Shown here in pieces: positions 10,375 through 21,023 of a stretch of DNA of 64,000 bases. Under the pieces are notes generated by a model. The model had not been told where the DNA came from. It saw nothing but the letters and a program-made list of their open reading frames with translations, and ran no database searches. Within the stretch, counting starts at the first letter, position 1. Each line of letters begins with the position of its first letter. The DNA lies in NCBI GenBank assembly GCA_965205025.1, contig CBDBFU010000010.1, positions 27,233-91,232 on the forward strand, written 5' to 3'. Origin of the DNA: Candidatus Poribacteria bacterium (lineage in GTDB: Bacteria > Poribacteria > WGA-4E > WGA-3G). The position numbers were made by a program, and so were the translations under genes.

Positions 10375-11247
10375 TCATTCAAAAAGCTTTTCAGTAAAAG
10401 CATCAAGGTTTTCCGCGTTTACAGCAGTGAGAAGTAGCTGCTCAAGTCGTTGTAAATCGTCTATATCTTGCAATGCGGGGTCTATGGCGCGCACCGCCTC
10501 TACGTGGAATTTCGCATTGAGTACTGTCATGAGACTCTTAAGGGTGGCCTCTTTGGTTCCTTGTTCAATAAACTTCTCGCGTCGGCGTTGTTCAAAAGGT
10601 GATTCTTGCATAAGTGCCTCCGGTATACGTTCAAATAAATTTGTCCCATGTATGAGACTCCCGAAGACCGAGAGCCCATAAAGTAAACTTCCTTTCGTTG
10701 CTGGATCAACAGATGCATCCACCGTTGCATCTATACATTGTCCTACCCATTGCTCAGATGTCATATCATCAGGGGGTTTCATGAGTGGTGTGAACGGCAA
10801 CAAGCCCGGCAGTTGTGCCTCTAAAATCGATTGTCCCTCTATATCGATCAACCGTATCACCTTATAACTGAAATGGTAATCGTAACCATTCCAACTATAC
10901 GTATAACCCCCTGGATCGTTTTTTCCTGCATCTGGATGAAAGTAAATCACGTTGGAGTAGACAGGCATTTGATGTTCACCGACGAGATATCCATGATAGC
11001 TGGCGTTTCGTGCCCACATCGGTTTTTCTGTGCTGTCGTGGAGTTGTAATTCAATGTGTAGAACAGCTTCGTGAGTGTCCAATCGGACACGCTTTGTGAT
11101 ATCTGTCCGAAACGCACGGACCAGTTGTTGTTCGGTGTCAAGGTCTGCAAGTACTTCAACATCCGGTACATTTAAGACAAACTGTGCGATTTCGTTAATT
11201 TGTTCATTCAGGATGTCTTTTCCGGTCGTATCGTATTCTTGTGCCAT
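10375..11247 (-). CDS. Rpn/YhgA-like PD-(D/E)XK nuclease family protein
   Basis: RTD...LHIELQ...MWARN motif; C-terminal IDDLQRLEQLLLTAVNAENLDAF typical of the family. Confidence 0.7.
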   Translation of the reverse strand: MAQEYDTTGKDILNEQINEIAQFVLNVPDVEVLADLDTEQQLVRAFRTDITKRVRLDTHEAVLHIELQLHDSTEKPMWARNASYHGYLVGEHQMPVYSNVIYFHPDAGKNDPGGYTYSWNGYDYHFSYKVIRLIDIEGQSILEAQLPGLLPFTPLMKPPDDMTSEQWVGQCIDATVDASVDPATKGSLLYGLSVFGSLIHGTNLFERIPEALMQESPFEQRRREKFIEQGTKEATLKSLMTVLNAKFHVEAVRAIDPALQDIDDLQRLEQLLLTAVNAENLDAFTEKLFE

Positions 11248-11395
11248 AGGTATTATACAATCGGTTGCTGCGAACTGTCAAGTGAGAAAATTATCAGAAT
11301 TAATTCGCGTTTTAGTTTTTAAGGCATCAAGGCTATCAAGGAGAAAGGAATTATCAAACATCAAAGCACTGCTATCAGAAGTTATGTTCCCTCGT

Positions 11396-12115
11396 TCAAA
11401 TATAGTGTGTTGGATCGGGGATGCCTGCGTCTTTAAAGCCTCTCTTTCGGAGCAAGCAGCTATCACATCTCCCACACGCTCTACCATCAGCATCAGGGTC
11501 ATAACAACTTAAAGTGAGGCTATAATCAACACCGAGATCCGTTCCGATTTTTATTATTTCTGCCTTTGTTTTGTCAATCAGCGGGGTACATATTGTTAGT
11601 TTTGTTTTACCTTCTACACCGGCTTGTGTTGCAAGGTTCGCCATCTTCTGATATGCCTTTATATATTCTGGACGGCAATCTGGATAACCACTATAGTCAA
11701 CAGCATTGACTCCAATGAAAATAGTATGGGATGAAAGCACTTCTGCCCAGGATAGTGCATAGGAGAGAAAGATGGTATTTCTGGCGGGAACGTAGGTAAT
11801 AGGTATACCTGAAGTCATTACCTCTTCAGTTCGATCTTTAGGTACATCAATATCAGCGGTTAATGCAGATGCACCAAATAAACGAAGATCTATATCAATG
11901 ATAGTATGTTGTTTTGCTCCCAATAACCTTGCATTGTTTTCAGCACATCTAAGTTCAACATTGTTTCTCTGTCCATATCGAAAGCTCAAGGCGTAGGTGT
12001 CAAATCCTTCCGAACGCGCAATTGCTAAAGTAGTTGTGGAATCCAATCCACCACTTAACAATACAACAGCCTTGGGGAGATCCTGAAGATTGTGAGAAGT
12101 TGGTGTGGTTGACAA
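11396..12115 (-). CDS. queC: 7-cyano-7-deazaguanine synthase
   Basis: [29 protein letters not shown]...CGRCDSC. Confidence 0.95.
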   Translation of the reverse strand: MSTTPTSHNLQDLPKAVVLLSGGLDSTTTLAIARSEGFDTYALSFRYGQRNNVELRCAENNARLLGAKQHTIIDIDLRLFGASALTADIDVPKDRTEEVMTSGIPITYVPARNTIFLSYALSWAEVLSSHTIFIGVNAVDYSGYPDCRPEYIKAYQKMANLATQAGVEGKTKLTICTPLIDKTKAEIIKIGTDLGVDYSLTLSCYDPDADGRACGRCDSCLLRKRGFKDAGIPDPTHYI

Positions 12116-12132
12116 TTCTTAATCCATTATAT

Positions 12133-12160
12133 TTAGGGGTAGCCATGTGCCACCCCTAAA
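12133..12160. terminator. Hairpin, possible terminator
   Basis: ttaggggtagc-cat-gtgccacccctaaa inverted repeat between 12174 ORF and queC. Confidence 0.4.
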
Positions 12161-12173
12161 TAACTTGATATGC

Positions 12174-12701
12174 TTATTCTTGTTCAAACTCAAGCTTGGC
12201 AAACCGTAGAAAAATACCGCCACCAGGTCTGGCAAACGGACCGTTGACAGCTAAACATGCCAACACATGTTCAGCACCAGGTTCTGCACTTTCGGACACA
12301 ATAACTCTTTGCGGAGCGTTAAAACCTGATGCAGCACCACGTCCAGATTTACCAAATGCCAAGTCAATTTCACCATCAACCCAGACTTCTCCGTAATCAT
12401 CAATACAGGTATGAAACCACACTTTAGAGCCAGCGATTGATTTTCCATCAACCTCTTCAGGTAAAGTGACAGTTATACGATACCAACCAAAACAGAATCC
12501 TGTTGAGACGACCTCTTGTATATTTTCACAGACATCCCAACCTGAATCGTCATAATCAGCGAGTCGTGCCGGTGTTTCCTGCATTTGATCGACCAACCCA
12601 CCATTAGGTTCACCGGGAACAAGTCCGTCAGCATAACGCCATTGGGCATTTGTAAGGTCAAGATGTTCAGCATTTTCTAAATCAAGTTCAGCAATAATCA
12701 T
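12174..12701 (-). CDS. Hypothetical jelly-roll/galactose-binding-like protein
   Basis: DYDDSGW, GWYRITVTLP, IDDYGEVWVDG resemble a GH2 sugar-binding domain. Confidence 0.55.
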   Translation of the reverse strand: MIIAELDLENAEHLDLTNAQWRYADGLVPGEPNGGLVDQMQETPARLADYDDSGWDVCENIQEVVSTGFCFGWYRITVTLPEEVDGKSIAGSKVWFHTCIDDYGEVWVDGEIDLAFGKSGRGAASGFNAPQRVIVSESAEPGAEHVLACLAVNGPFARPGGGIFLRFAKLEFEQE

Positions 12702-12714
12702 GGAAGTTCCTTCC

Positions 12715-13893
12715 TTATTTTTTATGAGTAACCAAAAGTTTATAGGCAATATAGGTTGAACAAATCAGGAATAATCCTGCAACAATAAAAGGTGTATGAA
12801 TAGAAATATTAATTAGAATTCCACTTAGAACATATCCGAAAAGAAATCCAGTGCTCCACGCTAAATGCGTGAGACCGACACCGTGTCCTTTCTCTTCAGA
12901 ATCCGTAAACTCATTAATGAATCTTGGAATAGTGGTTGAAAGTCCCCACGCTGCACCAGCTCCCAGTATCCCAAATACCTCAAGGGCAACGAATGAATTG
13001 TGAAAGACCGCTAAACCGAAAGCAAGAATTGTGATGATAGCATTTGTAAATAGGGCAGGTATACGATGCCCTACTGCATCACAGATTCTACCAACAGCGA
13101 ATTGACATGTAAAGGCAAACAGCAAACTGAAAGTTCCGTAATAACCGGTAGCTCTTTCTCCAGCGATACGATGAATCAGTATCGGCATTAGAAGATTTAC
13201 TGAACCCCAATAGTATGTTGGAAACACCCGTAACCCTATCAGCATCCACATATCAGAACGACGTAATAGATCGAAATATTTGCCTTTATTCAGGGTTGAT
13301 TTCCAACTTCCCTCCTTTGTCTGTGGGTTATCACTTGTTCTATTAAGACGGGGTAAGAATATACAAGCACCTATAAATACAAATCCTGATAGGATTATAG
13401 AACCAATACCAAAATTACTGAAATGTTGCCGAGATATTATTTCTCCAGCAATTGCATTTCCAATGGCGCTTCCAACTGTACTGCTGATAAAGTAGAGACC
13501 GGTTGCTGACCCTAATCGTTCAGGGGTTACTGAACTAATAAGGTATGTTTGCCCTCCTGCAGTTTTGAATCCTGATGCAACACCTTCATAGCACAAAATA
13601 CCCCAGATGAATAAAGGTATTTCTGTAGTGAATAGACTCCCAATTACAACAGCACCAGTTATACCGATGAGTAATGTCGGTTTTCTACCAAACCGGTCAC
13701 ATAGCTTACCTCCGATGAGTGCTGTAATACCACCAAGTCCAATTGGAATTGCACGTAATAATGCTGCATATAATGGGTTTTCACCCAAGACTTCTTCTGT
13801 GTATACTGGAAAGAATAGATGTACAGGACCTGTAATCAATCCAATTACAAACACGATGATGCAGAGAGAAAGAAAACCTCGACTCCACATCAA
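12715..13893 (-). CDS. MFS transporter
   Basis: GKLCDRFGRK motif A; ~12 hydrophobic segments. Confidence 0.9.
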   Translation of the reverse strand: MMWSRGFLSLCIIVFVIGLITGPVHLFFPVYTEEVLGENPLYAALLRAIPIGLGGITALIGGKLCDRFGRKPTLLIGITGAVVIGSLFTTEIPLFIWGILCYEGVASGFKTAGGQTYLISSVTPERLGSATGLYFISSTVGSAIGNAIAGEIISRQHFSNFGIGSIILSGFVFIGACIFLPRLNRTSDNPQTKEGSWKSTLNKGKYFDLLRRSDMWMLIGLRVFPTYYWGSVNLLMPILIHRIAGERATGYYGTFSLLFAFTCQFAVGRICDAVGHRIPALFTNAIITILAFGLAVFHNSFVALEVFGILGAGAAWGLSTTIPRFINEFTDSEEKGHGVGLTHLAWSTGFLFGYVLSGILINISIHTPFIVAGLFLICSTYIAYKLLVTHKK

Positions 13894-13949
13894 ATTACGT
13901 CACTTGTGGTCATACTAAGCCTGTCTATCTTACTTGTTTCTGGTGATAT

Positions 13950-15578
13950 TTACAAACTTAATCTCATTAAACTGTCTGTGATATTTGGTGCAGCAGTCCC
14001 GAGTCCACAAGCGCTTGTTGCCTTCATCACACTTCCGATTTCTTCAATCAAATCTTTTGATTTCTGAGTTAGTGGTTCAGATAAGAGTTCAGTAAGTCTG
14101 TGTGTTCCAATCCTGCATGGAAAACACTTTCCGCACGACTCCTCAGCAAAGAAACCCATAGCATTACGTGCTACATCCACCATATCACGCGTATCATCAA
14201 ACACCATTATACCTGCAGCTCCAAGCATTGCCCCCACTTTTTGGAAACTGGGTTCATCAATATTGATGTCAAAATCCGTTTCACCAATAAACCCGCCTGA
14301 TAATCCTGCGGTAGTAATTGCCTGAATGGATCGTCCATCTAACGCGCCACCTGCCCAATCGTAAAGCAGTGTTCTTAGTGGAAGACCAAACGGCACCTCA
14401 TAATTCCCAGGTCTTTGTATATCCCCGGACAGACTTATGATTTTTGTCCCGGCAAGGTTTTCATCACAACTTAGATTCTTATACCATTCAGCTCCATAAC
14501 GCACTATCTGTACGGCAGCAGCAAGTGTCTCAACGTTGTTTACTACTGTAGGAAGGTTTTCAAAACCGTGGGTTACTGGATATGGAGGACGATTTCTTGG
14601 GAATGGATGTTTACCTTCTAAACTATTTAACAATGATCCTTCTTCTCCACAGACATACGCACCAGCCCCACGTCGTATGTAAATACGGAATTTTAAATCA
14701 GTTCCGAGGATATCATCTCCAATCAATCCTTCCGATTCTGCTTCTGTAAGTGCATTCTCAAGTATTTTATAGGTTTCTGGATACTCATATCGGAGATAGA
14801 TAAACCCACGAGTTGCTCCTGTTGCATAAGCTGCCAGTGTCATTCCTTCAATAACAGCATGTGGAGCGTAGTCAAGAATAACTCTATCCTTAAAGCAACC
14901 GGGTTCCCCTTCATCAGCATTACACACAATAGTTTTTGGCTCACCTGGTGCATTCAGTACGGATTCCCATTTCATACCAGTTGGAAAACCTGCTCCTCCT
15001 CTACCTGCAAGTTGGCTCTGTTTTAATGTTTCAATTACTTGCTCTGGACTAAGGGATGATATCGCATGTTTTAGACTTTCGTATCCACCTGTACGTTGAT
15101 ACCCTTCGAGTGTGTATCGTTCCGGTTCACGTATATCTGCGAAGATGCATTCTTCACTGTCCCCTGGATACTGTGGCGGGAGTGGTGTTGGTTGTACAGA
15201 AAGTGTTCCTACATCTTTTCCTGTGAGCACTTGATGTCCCTTTAAAACTGGGACACAATCATCACACCTGCCTGCACACGGCATTTCAGTTGATCCTTCA
15301 CTTTTTAATGCATTAAGGATTTCTAACCCACCTTGTAGACGACAAACAGGACCAGTACATACACGAGGCGCAGCCTGTCCGGGTGCTTCACGAGCTAAAT
15401 GGTGATAGAAGGTTACTGTGCCAAAAAGTTCAGCAAGGGGAATTCGTAGTCCAACTGCAATATCCCGGAGTGATTCTTCAGAGATGAATCCGTCCCTGTC
15501 ATGAAAGGCGTGTAATATACCGAGCAGTGGGGCAGGGGCATCATGCCATTCGGCAATCAGATCTGCATTCGTTGACAT
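13950..15578 (-). CDS. NuoE-NuoF fusion (NADH-binding flavo/Fe-S diaphorase subunit)
   Basis: N-terminal TFYH...CTGPVC..CAGRC (NuoE); GRGGAGFPTG, NADEGEPG, CGEE, CGKCFPCR, CGLG (NuoF). Confidence 0.9.
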   Translation of the reverse strand: MSTNADLIAEWHDAPAPLLGILHAFHDRDGFISEESLRDIAVGLRIPLAELFGTVTFYHHLAREAPGQAAPRVCTGPVCRLQGGLEILNALKSEGSTEMPCAGRCDDCVPVLKGHQVLTGKDVGTLSVQPTPLPPQYPGDSEECIFADIREPERYTLEGYQRTGGYESLKHAISSLSPEQVIETLKQSQLAGRGGAGFPTGMKWESVLNAPGEPKTIVCNADEGEPGCFKDRVILDYAPHAVIEGMTLAAYATGATRGFIYLRYEYPETYKILENALTEAESEGLIGDDILGTDLKFRIYIRRGAGAYVCGEEGSLLNSLEGKHPFPRNRPPYPVTHGFENLPTVVNNVETLAAAVQIVRYGAEWYKNLSCDENLAGTKIISLSGDIQRPGNYEVPFGLPLRTLLYDWAGGALDGRSIQAITTAGLSGGFIGETDFDINIDEPSFQKVGAMLGAAGIMVFDDTRDMVDVARNAMGFFAEESCGKCFPCRIGTHRLTELLSEPLTQKSKDLIEEIGSVMKATSACGLGTAAPNITDSLMRLSL

Positions 15579-15696
15579 TTAACTCTCCAAGACTATGAAC
15601 ATATACAGGAACAAATCAGAAATATTATATGACAGAAGAAATAATTCCATGATTAGAGTATCAAATTTTATTTGTATGGTCAACATTTTAAAATGA

Positions 15697-15827
15697 CAGG
15701 ACTTACGCAGTTTGTGTAGAAAATAGGAGATTTTATTCAATAAATCCGATAATTAAGTACTTTTTTGTCTTTTAACCCCCTAAATCCCCTTATCAAGGGG
15801 ACTTTAAGAGGTATTGGGTAAGTCCTG
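15697..15827. mobile_element. MITE, CAGGACTTACGCA family, carrying ccccctaaatcccc..gggg hairpin
   Basis: caggacttacgca / tgggtaagtcctg ends; 5-bp direct repeat aatga. Confidence 0.75.
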
Positions 15828-15983
15828 AATGAATAATTGAATCATCCATTTCAGTTAGGAGTTTTATTGTTGAATTATGAAGTCAATTCCTCTCCACTAA
15901 ATTCAAAGTATAGATCTCGTTATTTTCATAAGGTGTTGGGAGTGAAACACAGGAGTAGAATATCCTAATCCATCTACCTATTA

Positions 15984-16012
15984 TTGACAGATACAATAAT
16001 CTATGAGATAAT
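15984..16012 (+). promoter_or_regulatory. Sigma70-type promoter
   Basis: TTGACA-17-GATAAT with TG extension. Confidence 0.45.
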
Positions 16013-16039
16013 AACATCATACTACAATAGACCTACTTT

Positions 16040-16162
16040 AACGTGGGTTTGATAAGACAGATTGTAACCCGAACTTATAGTTAACACCAGATTGCACAAA
16101 CTGGAAAGTTTGTGCTACAAAGACTATCTTCAGGACAAAATTCTGTTTATCAAACTGACGTT
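16040..16162. mobile_element. MITE, AACGTG(A/G)GTTTGATAA family with gcacaaac..gtttgtgctac hairpin
   Basis: aacgtgggtttgataa / ttatcaaactgacgtt ends; acttt direct repeat. Confidence 0.7.
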
Positions 16163-16172
16163 ACTTTAAAAT

Positions 16173-17303
16173 ATGGCAACAGTACGACTTGAAAATATTA
16201 CAAAGAGATTCGGTGATCTCACTGCACTTGATAATATTTCACTTGATGTAGAAGATGAAGAATTCTTTGTTCTACTTGGACAAACAGGTGCAGGAAAAAC
16301 AACCACCCTTCGATGTATTGCTGGCTTAGACAAACCTGAAGAAGGCAGTATATACTTAGACGATGTGTCTGTAAATGACAGAACTCCTGCTGAACGGGAT
16401 GTTGCATTCGTCTTTCAATCACACATTCTCTATCCACATCTAACTGTCTACGAAAACATGGCATTCCCATTGCATCCACGAAAGTTATCCGCTGAAGAGA
16501 TAGATAGTCGTGTGAAGGATATTGCACAGATGCTACACATTGAGCATCTCCTCATGCGTAAACCGAACCAACTTAGCGGTGGAGAGACACAACGTGTTGG
16601 TCTCGGCAGAGCAATGGTACGACGTCCTCAAGTATTCCTGATGGATGAGCCAATTTCTAACCTTGACGCGAAACTACGTACGGAAATGCGTGCTGAAATT
16701 CGATGGAGACAACGCGAACTCGGGACTACTACTTTTTACGTAACACACGATCAAGTAGAAGCAATGTCCATGGCAGATCGGATTGCTGTACTTGATGAAG
16801 GAAAAGTACAACAATTAGGAACACCATTCGACATTTATAACCACCCAGAGAATCTGTTCGTGGCAGGTTTTATTGGTAATCCAAGTATGAACTGTATTCC
16901 ATGTGAAATTATTATTAATAATGGTGTGCTTCAATTAAACTTATCTAACGGAGTTAGTAAAGACAATACATTTACGATTCAAGACGATAATCTTACTAAT
17001 ATAATCAATGGGTTAAGTTTAGACCAACAAATAATCTTTGGTGTCCATCCAGAAGATGTGGTGGTAAATCACCAATCTGTTCCCAACTCATTTAAAGCTG
17101 AAGTGTATAGTGTTGAACCGCTTGGGGCAGATACGATTGTTGAAATAACTCTGGGAACAGATGAAATAGGTTCACATACCATCCTAAAATCTGTCACTGC
17201 CCCAGACTTTGAAGCTGAAATTGGTGAATTTCTATATGTCTCCTTTGTCTCCGAACGTATTCATCTATTCGATAAGACTACAGAAAAAACCCTAATGGCG
17301 TAA
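16173..17303 (+). CDS. Sugar ABC transporter ATP-binding protein (MalK/UgpC-like)
   Basis: GQTGAGKTT, LSGGETQR, LMDEPISNLDAKLR, C-terminal TOBE-like region. Confidence 0.92.
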   Translation: MATVRLENITKRFGDLTALDNISLDVEDEEFFVLLGQTGAGKTTTLRCIAGLDKPEEGSIYLDDVSVNDRTPAERDVAFVFQSHILYPHLTVYENMAFPLHPRKLSAEEIDSRVKDIAQMLHIEHLLMRKPNQLSGGETQRVGLGRAMVRRPQVFLMDEPISNLDAKLRTEMRAEIRWRQRELGTTTFYVTHDQVEAMSMADRIAVLDEGKVQQLGTPFDIYNHPENLFVAGFIGNPSMNCIPCEIIINNGVLQLNLSNGVSKDNTFTIQDDNLTNIINGLSLDQQIIFGVHPEDVVVNHQSVPNSFKAEVYSVEPLGADTIVEITLGTDEIGSHTILKSVTAPDFEAEIGEFLYVSFVSERIHLFDKTTEKTLMA

Positions 17304-17460
17304 CTAATATTCCACATACTATTATGAGTTGGCAACTAAGACTATTTAACCTCCTTCCCAATATTGTAAAGAAAATCGGATGCCATTTTCTACGTAAACT
17401 GGGTCGTGATCCTGATACGTGGTATGAGAATTTTCTGGAAAAACACAAAGGAAAGTAAAC

Positions 17461-19089
17461 GTGACTGGTGGAGATATTCTAATTGAATGTTTGAAAGCAC
17501 AAGGTGTCTCAACTGTATTTGGGATGCCGGGTACACAGAACATTCATATCTACGATTCTCTTCTTCGTAAGGGAACAGATTCAATTCGTCATTTTCTTGT
17601 TCGACATGAGTATTCAGCTACTCAAATGGCAGATGGCTTTGCTCGTGCAACTGGTGATGTTGGTGTTGCTATTACTGTTCCCGGTCCAGGGGCAAGTAAT
17701 GCATCTACAGGGATTCTGGAAGCGTATACAGATTGTATACCGGTATTACTTATAACTGGACAGAGTCATTCCGATTCTTATAATAGGCATCCGAGTAAGA
17801 TGTTCCACGGTTTGGACCAGATGCGTTTCTTTGAACCGATAACGAAATACTGTGCTATCGCGCGTAGTGTATCGGATATACCTAATGTTGTTGAAAATGC
17901 ATTTAAAGCAATGCGTAATGGCAGACCTGGACCGACTGTATTGGAATTCCCAATGGATGTCACGACTGGAGAAGGTGAAGTTCGGATACCAATCCGAGTT
18001 GAACGCGAAGATTCCACACCCCCTGATGATACAGATCTTAACAAGGCTTTAGAAACAATACAGAATGCCAATTATCCGTTGATCTTCGCAGGTTCAGCGG
18101 TGATTCATTCAAATGCCAGAAATGAGTTAAGACTGCTTGCAGAAAAATTGAATGCACCTGTGATCGTCTCCCGTTGTGCCAAAGGAGCATTACCCGAAGA
18201 CCATCCATCCGCATTGCAAATATGTTATGGATATTTAGGACAAGAAGCACTCAAACATACTGATTGTCTTATCGGTATTGGTCCAAGGTTTACATCCATT
18301 GATACCCGGAGTTGGACTTTACAGTTACCACAACCCTTTATCCAGATTGATGAGGATGAAAATGAAATTGGACGCGAATATCCGTGTGATATCGGTGTTG
18401 TTGGTGATTTAAAGCTTACCTTACAAGCGTTAATTGAGGATATTTCATCAGATGGCAATCAGTGGAACTCCATACTTCCGAAACTTCGCGATAACTTTGA
18501 TATGCAGCCTCCCCTTCCAATCATTCATGAATTACAAGATGTTCTTCCACGGGATACCATTTACTCGATTGATGTTCATTCCCTTGGGTACGCATCTTTT
18601 GCGGAATTTCCGATATATGATCCGCGTACCTTTCTCTATCCGAATATCGGTGTTGCTTTAGGGTATGCGTATCCTGCTGCCATCGGTGCAAAAGTGGCAT
18701 ATCCTGATAGACCTGTGGTCTGTTTTAGTGGTGATGGGGGATTCCTTATGGGAGCAATGGAAATGGCAACTGCAGTTAAATACGGTATTAATGTTATAGC
18801 AATTGTGATAAACGATGACGCATTGTCCGCTATTAAAGGATCTCAATTGAAGGGATTTGAAGGGCGTACGATTGATACAGACTTACGGAATCCGGACTTT
18901 GTGGAATTTGCGAAATCATTTGGGGTGTATGCCAGGAAGGTTGAGAATTTAGAGGATTTTAAGCCTATCTTGAAGGAAACACTCTCAGTTGAACAACCAG
19001 CACTTATTGAGGTAATGATGCGCGAACATCAAGATGAGATAATTGATTCTATTGGGTGGTTGAAGGCTGATGCTCTTAGAAAAACGTGA
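17461..19089 (+). CDS. Thiamine pyrophosphate-binding protein (acetolactate synthase-like)
   Basis: FGMPG, VRHE, GPGASN, GDGGF...NDD TPP motif. Confidence 0.9.
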   Translation: MTGGDILIECLKAQGVSTVFGMPGTQNIHIYDSLLRKGTDSIRHFLVRHEYSATQMADGFARATGDVGVAITVPGPGASNASTGILEAYTDCIPVLLITGQSHSDSYNRHPSKMFHGLDQMRFFEPITKYCAIARSVSDIPNVVENAFKAMRNGRPGPTVLEFPMDVTTGEGEVRIPIRVEREDSTPPDDTDLNKALETIQNANYPLIFAGSAVIHSNARNELRLLAEKLNAPVIVSRCAKGALPEDHPSALQICYGYLGQEALKHTDCLIGIGPRFTSIDTRSWTLQLPQPFIQIDEDENEIGREYPCDIGVVGDLKLTLQALIEDISSDGNQWNSILPKLRDNFDMQPPLPIIHELQDVLPRDTIYSIDVHSLGYASFAEFPIYDPRTFLYPNIGVALGYAYPAAIGAKVAYPDRPVVCFSGDGGFLMGAMEMATAVKYGINVIAIVINDDALSAIKGSQLKGFEGRTIDTDLRNPDFVEFAKSFGVYARKVENLEDFKPILKETLSVEQPALIEVMMREHQDEIIDSIGWLKADALRKT

Positions 19090-19115
19090 TTTTCGTCGAT
19101 CTATACGTGCCAGAA

Positions 19116-19940
19116 TTAGTATTCACCGCGTGCGTTCCAACCAGGATACTGTTCTTCTAACGCTTGTAGTGTTTGAGGTGTGTAATAGGGGTGGCCTGCA
19201 GGTGGGAAACGAAATACCTCCCGTTCTGCCGCTGTTAATGTACCGATGAATTTTGAGAATGTCTCGTGTCTCCCTTTGTCAGTATAGTGTCGAAATCCTT
19301 CCCAAACATGATCTGCACGTCCTAAACCGAACCCCCACGTAAAACGTTGACCATCTTCCCGATGATAATCGCTTGCTGAATGGAACGTATAGTTACTGAA
19401 AATACAGAGCGTTCCACCTTTACATACAAGTGGTTCGTAATGCGTCGTATCTCGTCCGTATTTGTTTGCAAGCAATCTAAGTGGTGCCTGATCTTCGTCA
19501 ACATCTTCAAGGTGTACCCAAAAAACAAGTTGTCCAAATTCAGGAGCTGACTCTGATTGTGGTAGCAATGAATTATTCCCGTTATCAATATGCAGTCCAC
19601 TTGCATCACTCCCAACACCACCCCCTTTGAATCCTGGATATCGGGCAATCATACAACCCGCACGGAACTGGATATGCTCAGTTTTCAACCACTTCCGAGC
19701 GAATCCCCATGCATCATGATCAACTATTCCGCGTAGTAAAACCATCTCAGACGATGGAAAATCTGTCAAAATAGCTTTACCAGGAGGTGGATTATCTTTC
19801 ACATCATCCCATGTTGGCAGCACACGTCTTTGTGCCTCTTGCATCTCTGTAAGGTGTTCACCTGAATAGTAGTCTGGAACAATGAGATATCCTTTCTCTG
19901 CAAATTCGTCGAAATGAGCATCGGTAAATTCTATTGGCAT
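19116..19940 (-). CDS. Phytanoyl-CoA dioxygenase (PhyH) family protein
   Basis: FAEKGYLIV, LHID, distal H in TFHSAS. Confidence 0.8.
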   Translation of the reverse strand: MPIEFTDAHFDEFAEKGYLIVPDYYSGEHLTEMQEAQRRVLPTWDDVKDNPPPGKAILTDFPSSEMVLLRGIVDHDAWGFARKWLKTEHIQFRAGCMIARYPGFKGGGVGSDASGLHIDNGNNSLLPQSESAPEFGQLVFWVHLEDVDEDQAPLRLLANKYGRDTTHYEPLVCKGGTLCIFSNYTFHSASDYHREDGQRFTWGFGLGRADHVWEGFRHYTDKGRHETFSKFIGTLTAAEREVFRFPPAGHPYYTPQTLQALEEQYPGWNARGEY

Positions 19941-20030
19941 ATCTGCCTCCATAGTTTTAAAACAGTTATGCGGAAGATTAAAAAAATATGCTGACGAACC
20001 TTATATGCTAAAGTCCGCCAGCATACTGGA

Positions 20031-20103
20031 CTCCCCCAGACGGACTCGAACCGCCGACACGATGGTTAACAGCCATCTGCTCTACCGACTGAGCTATGGG
20101 GGA
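20031..20103 (-). tRNA. tRNA-Asn(GTT)
   Basis: TCCCCCATAGCTCAGTCGGTAGAGCAGATGGCT-GTT-AACCATCGTGTCGGCGGTTCGAGTCCGTCTGGGGGAG cloverleaf. Confidence 0.95.
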
Positions 20104-20117
20104 ATATTACATCGTAA

Positions 20118-20146
20118 ATTATACACCAAGAGGTTGATATTTGCAA
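20118..20146 (-). promoter_or_regulatory. tRNA promoter
   Basis: TTGCAA-17-TATAAT on minus strand just upstream of the tRNA. Confidence 0.6.
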
Positions 20147-20174
20147 ATTAAAACCACATTCAATGTCAATTTAC

Positions 20175-20564
20175 TTAGCATCCACAAACTACCTCTTTTC
20201 CTTTAACACCTTGTTTACCTTCCGTTTCGTACCCATCGCGACGCCACCATTCTATACCACCCATCAATTCTTTGACATTAAAACCTAACTTCGCCATGTT
20301 CAATGCACCTTTCGTAGAGGCGTTACAACCGATACCATCGCAATAAGTGATATACAGTTTCGTTTTGTCCAACATACTTGTCGTATCTTCATTCATCGTT
20401 CTGTGTGGAATATTTATAGCGGTTGGTATATGCTCTAACGCATAAGCCTCTGGTGAACGTGCATCAATGACAACTATATCTTCGCCGTTATTGAGTGCTT
20501 CGTATAGATCCCAAGAGTCTGTCTCGTAATTTAGTTTTCTTTTGTAAAATTCTATTTGATCCAT
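20175..20564 (-). CDS. Rhodanese-like domain protein
   Basis: IDARS, HIPTA, YCDGIGCN, LMGGIEWW. Confidence 0.9.
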   Translation of the reverse strand: MDQIEFYKRKLNYETDSWDLYEALNNGEDIVVIDARSPEAYALEHIPTAINIPHRTMNEDTTSMLDKTKLYITYCDGIGCNASTKGALNMAKLGFNVKELMGGIEWWRRDGYETEGKQGVKGKEVVCGC

Positions 20565-20908
20565 AAGTGATTAATATACCGTGTGTATAACCATCTTGTC
20601 AAATTGAATCTGCTTTGGAAAATACCCCAGAGAATACCGAAAACAATACACGCTAACTGACCAATAATTGCAATCCAAGCAACAATAGTAAAAATAGGAT
20701 TACCATTATAGTATTTTGAATCAAAATAGTCGTATAAACCGCGATGTGCTCCTATGTCAGCGTGTTGCGACACTACATTTTCAGCTGTGAAATGGAAAAT
20801 ACCTGCTATTGCTATATACCACACAAACCCGAGTATGATTCCCACAAAAATCCTAAGAAGTAGAATTCCGATAAATCGAAAACTTGGAATGAGATTCTGT
20901 ATAAACAT
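20552..20908 (-). CDS. Hypothetical membrane protein
   Basis: Two hydrophobic helices; RBS-like aagggg. Confidence 0.55.
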   Translation of the reverse strand: MFIQNLIPSFRFIGILLLRIFVGIILGFVWYIAIAGIFHFTAENVVSQHADIGAHRGLYDYFDSKYYNGNPIFTIVAWIAIIGQLACIVFGILWGIFQSRFNLTRWLYTRYINHLWIK

Positions 20909-21023
20909 GATCTTCCCCTTTTTATCGAAGAATTTGTTCGTATATATCTGAATGAATTGAATCTTTGCATACTAAGTAATGAGATGGACTTAGGGAGATA
21001 ATTCTTCAATATTTTATAGGTTC

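Noticed and set aside
20031-20103. tRNA-Asn as an island attachment site
   Set aside because: No duplicated tRNA 3' end and no integrase seen in the window
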